Notes under the pieces: generated by a model
Databases searched by the model: none
What the model was told of the DNA's origin: nothing
What the model saw: only the letters and a program-made list of their open reading frames with translations
In this document: in pieces, positions 63,893 to 64,000 of the stretch
How positions within the stretch are numbered: the first letter of the stretch is position 1
How the letters are laid out: each line of letters begins with the position of its first letter
Assembly (NCBI GenBank): GCA_040877415.1
Contig: JBBDNV010000128.1
Location: forward strand, 14,953-78,952
From: Pirellulales bacterium
GTDB taxonomy: Bacteria; Planctomycetota; Planctomycetia; Pirellulales; PALSA-1355
Direction: 5' to 3'
Length of the DNA stretch: 64,000 bases
Made by a program: the position numbers and the translations under genes

Positions 63893-64000
63893 GTGCGAAT
63901 TCTAGTACCGCCGATTCCAAAAAAGTTCCAAAAAAGGGGACGCAGCCAATCCTGTTCGGCACTGAGATTGCTGCGGGGATTGTAGCATGGATTCTGGAGC

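Overview
High-GC (about 65-68%) chromosomal segment. The gene content points to Planctomycetota: two DUF1501 genes, two tandem PVC-type membrane-bound-dehydrogenase/HEAT/cytochrome-c paralogs, several Hsp70 paralogs, a TIGR02436 four-helix-bundle protein, and TAT/Sec-secreted multidomain proteins. The 3' third of the window is the chromosomal replication-origin neighbourhood. It holds an N-terminally short dnaA, a dnaA-dnaN intergenic region with three TCCACC boxes at 10-11 bp spacing plus a roughly 40 bp AT-rich DUE, dnaN, dciA (DUF721), gyrB, and a beta-class DNA methyltransferase fused to a C-terminal UvrC-like GIY-YIG nuclease domain. Core metabolism is present as sdhCAB, EF-G and several housekeeping enzymes. 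The 5' half looks accessory. It contains a four-gene cluster: a secreted HEAT-like protein ending in a Hint/BIL domain, a secreted coiled-coil protein, and two tandem Hsp70-like ATPases, one of them membrane-anchored. It also contains a redoxin/cytochrome-c/PHM-like copper-monooxygenase fusion. A roughly 3 kb low-GC islet at 19.4-22.4 kb is bounded and bisected by three copies of an 18-24 bp direct repeat with a tRNA T-loop-like core. It carries a four-helix-bundle gene, a SUKH (SMI1/KNR4) immunity-type gene, and a minus-strand module with an internal ~135 bp duplication that creates an orphan-like gene fragment. Other recurring elements are a roughly 21 bp AAAAAT..ATTTTT palindromic motif associated with the DUF1501 genes, and a 29 bp REP-like hairpin in three copies. 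A 5' edge-truncated BNR/Asp-box sialidase-like gene on the minus strand is missing from the ORF track; I recovered it by manual translation. No rRNA, convincing tRNA or CRISPR array was found. Many long ORFs in the track are antisense or out-of-frame artefacts of the high GC content.
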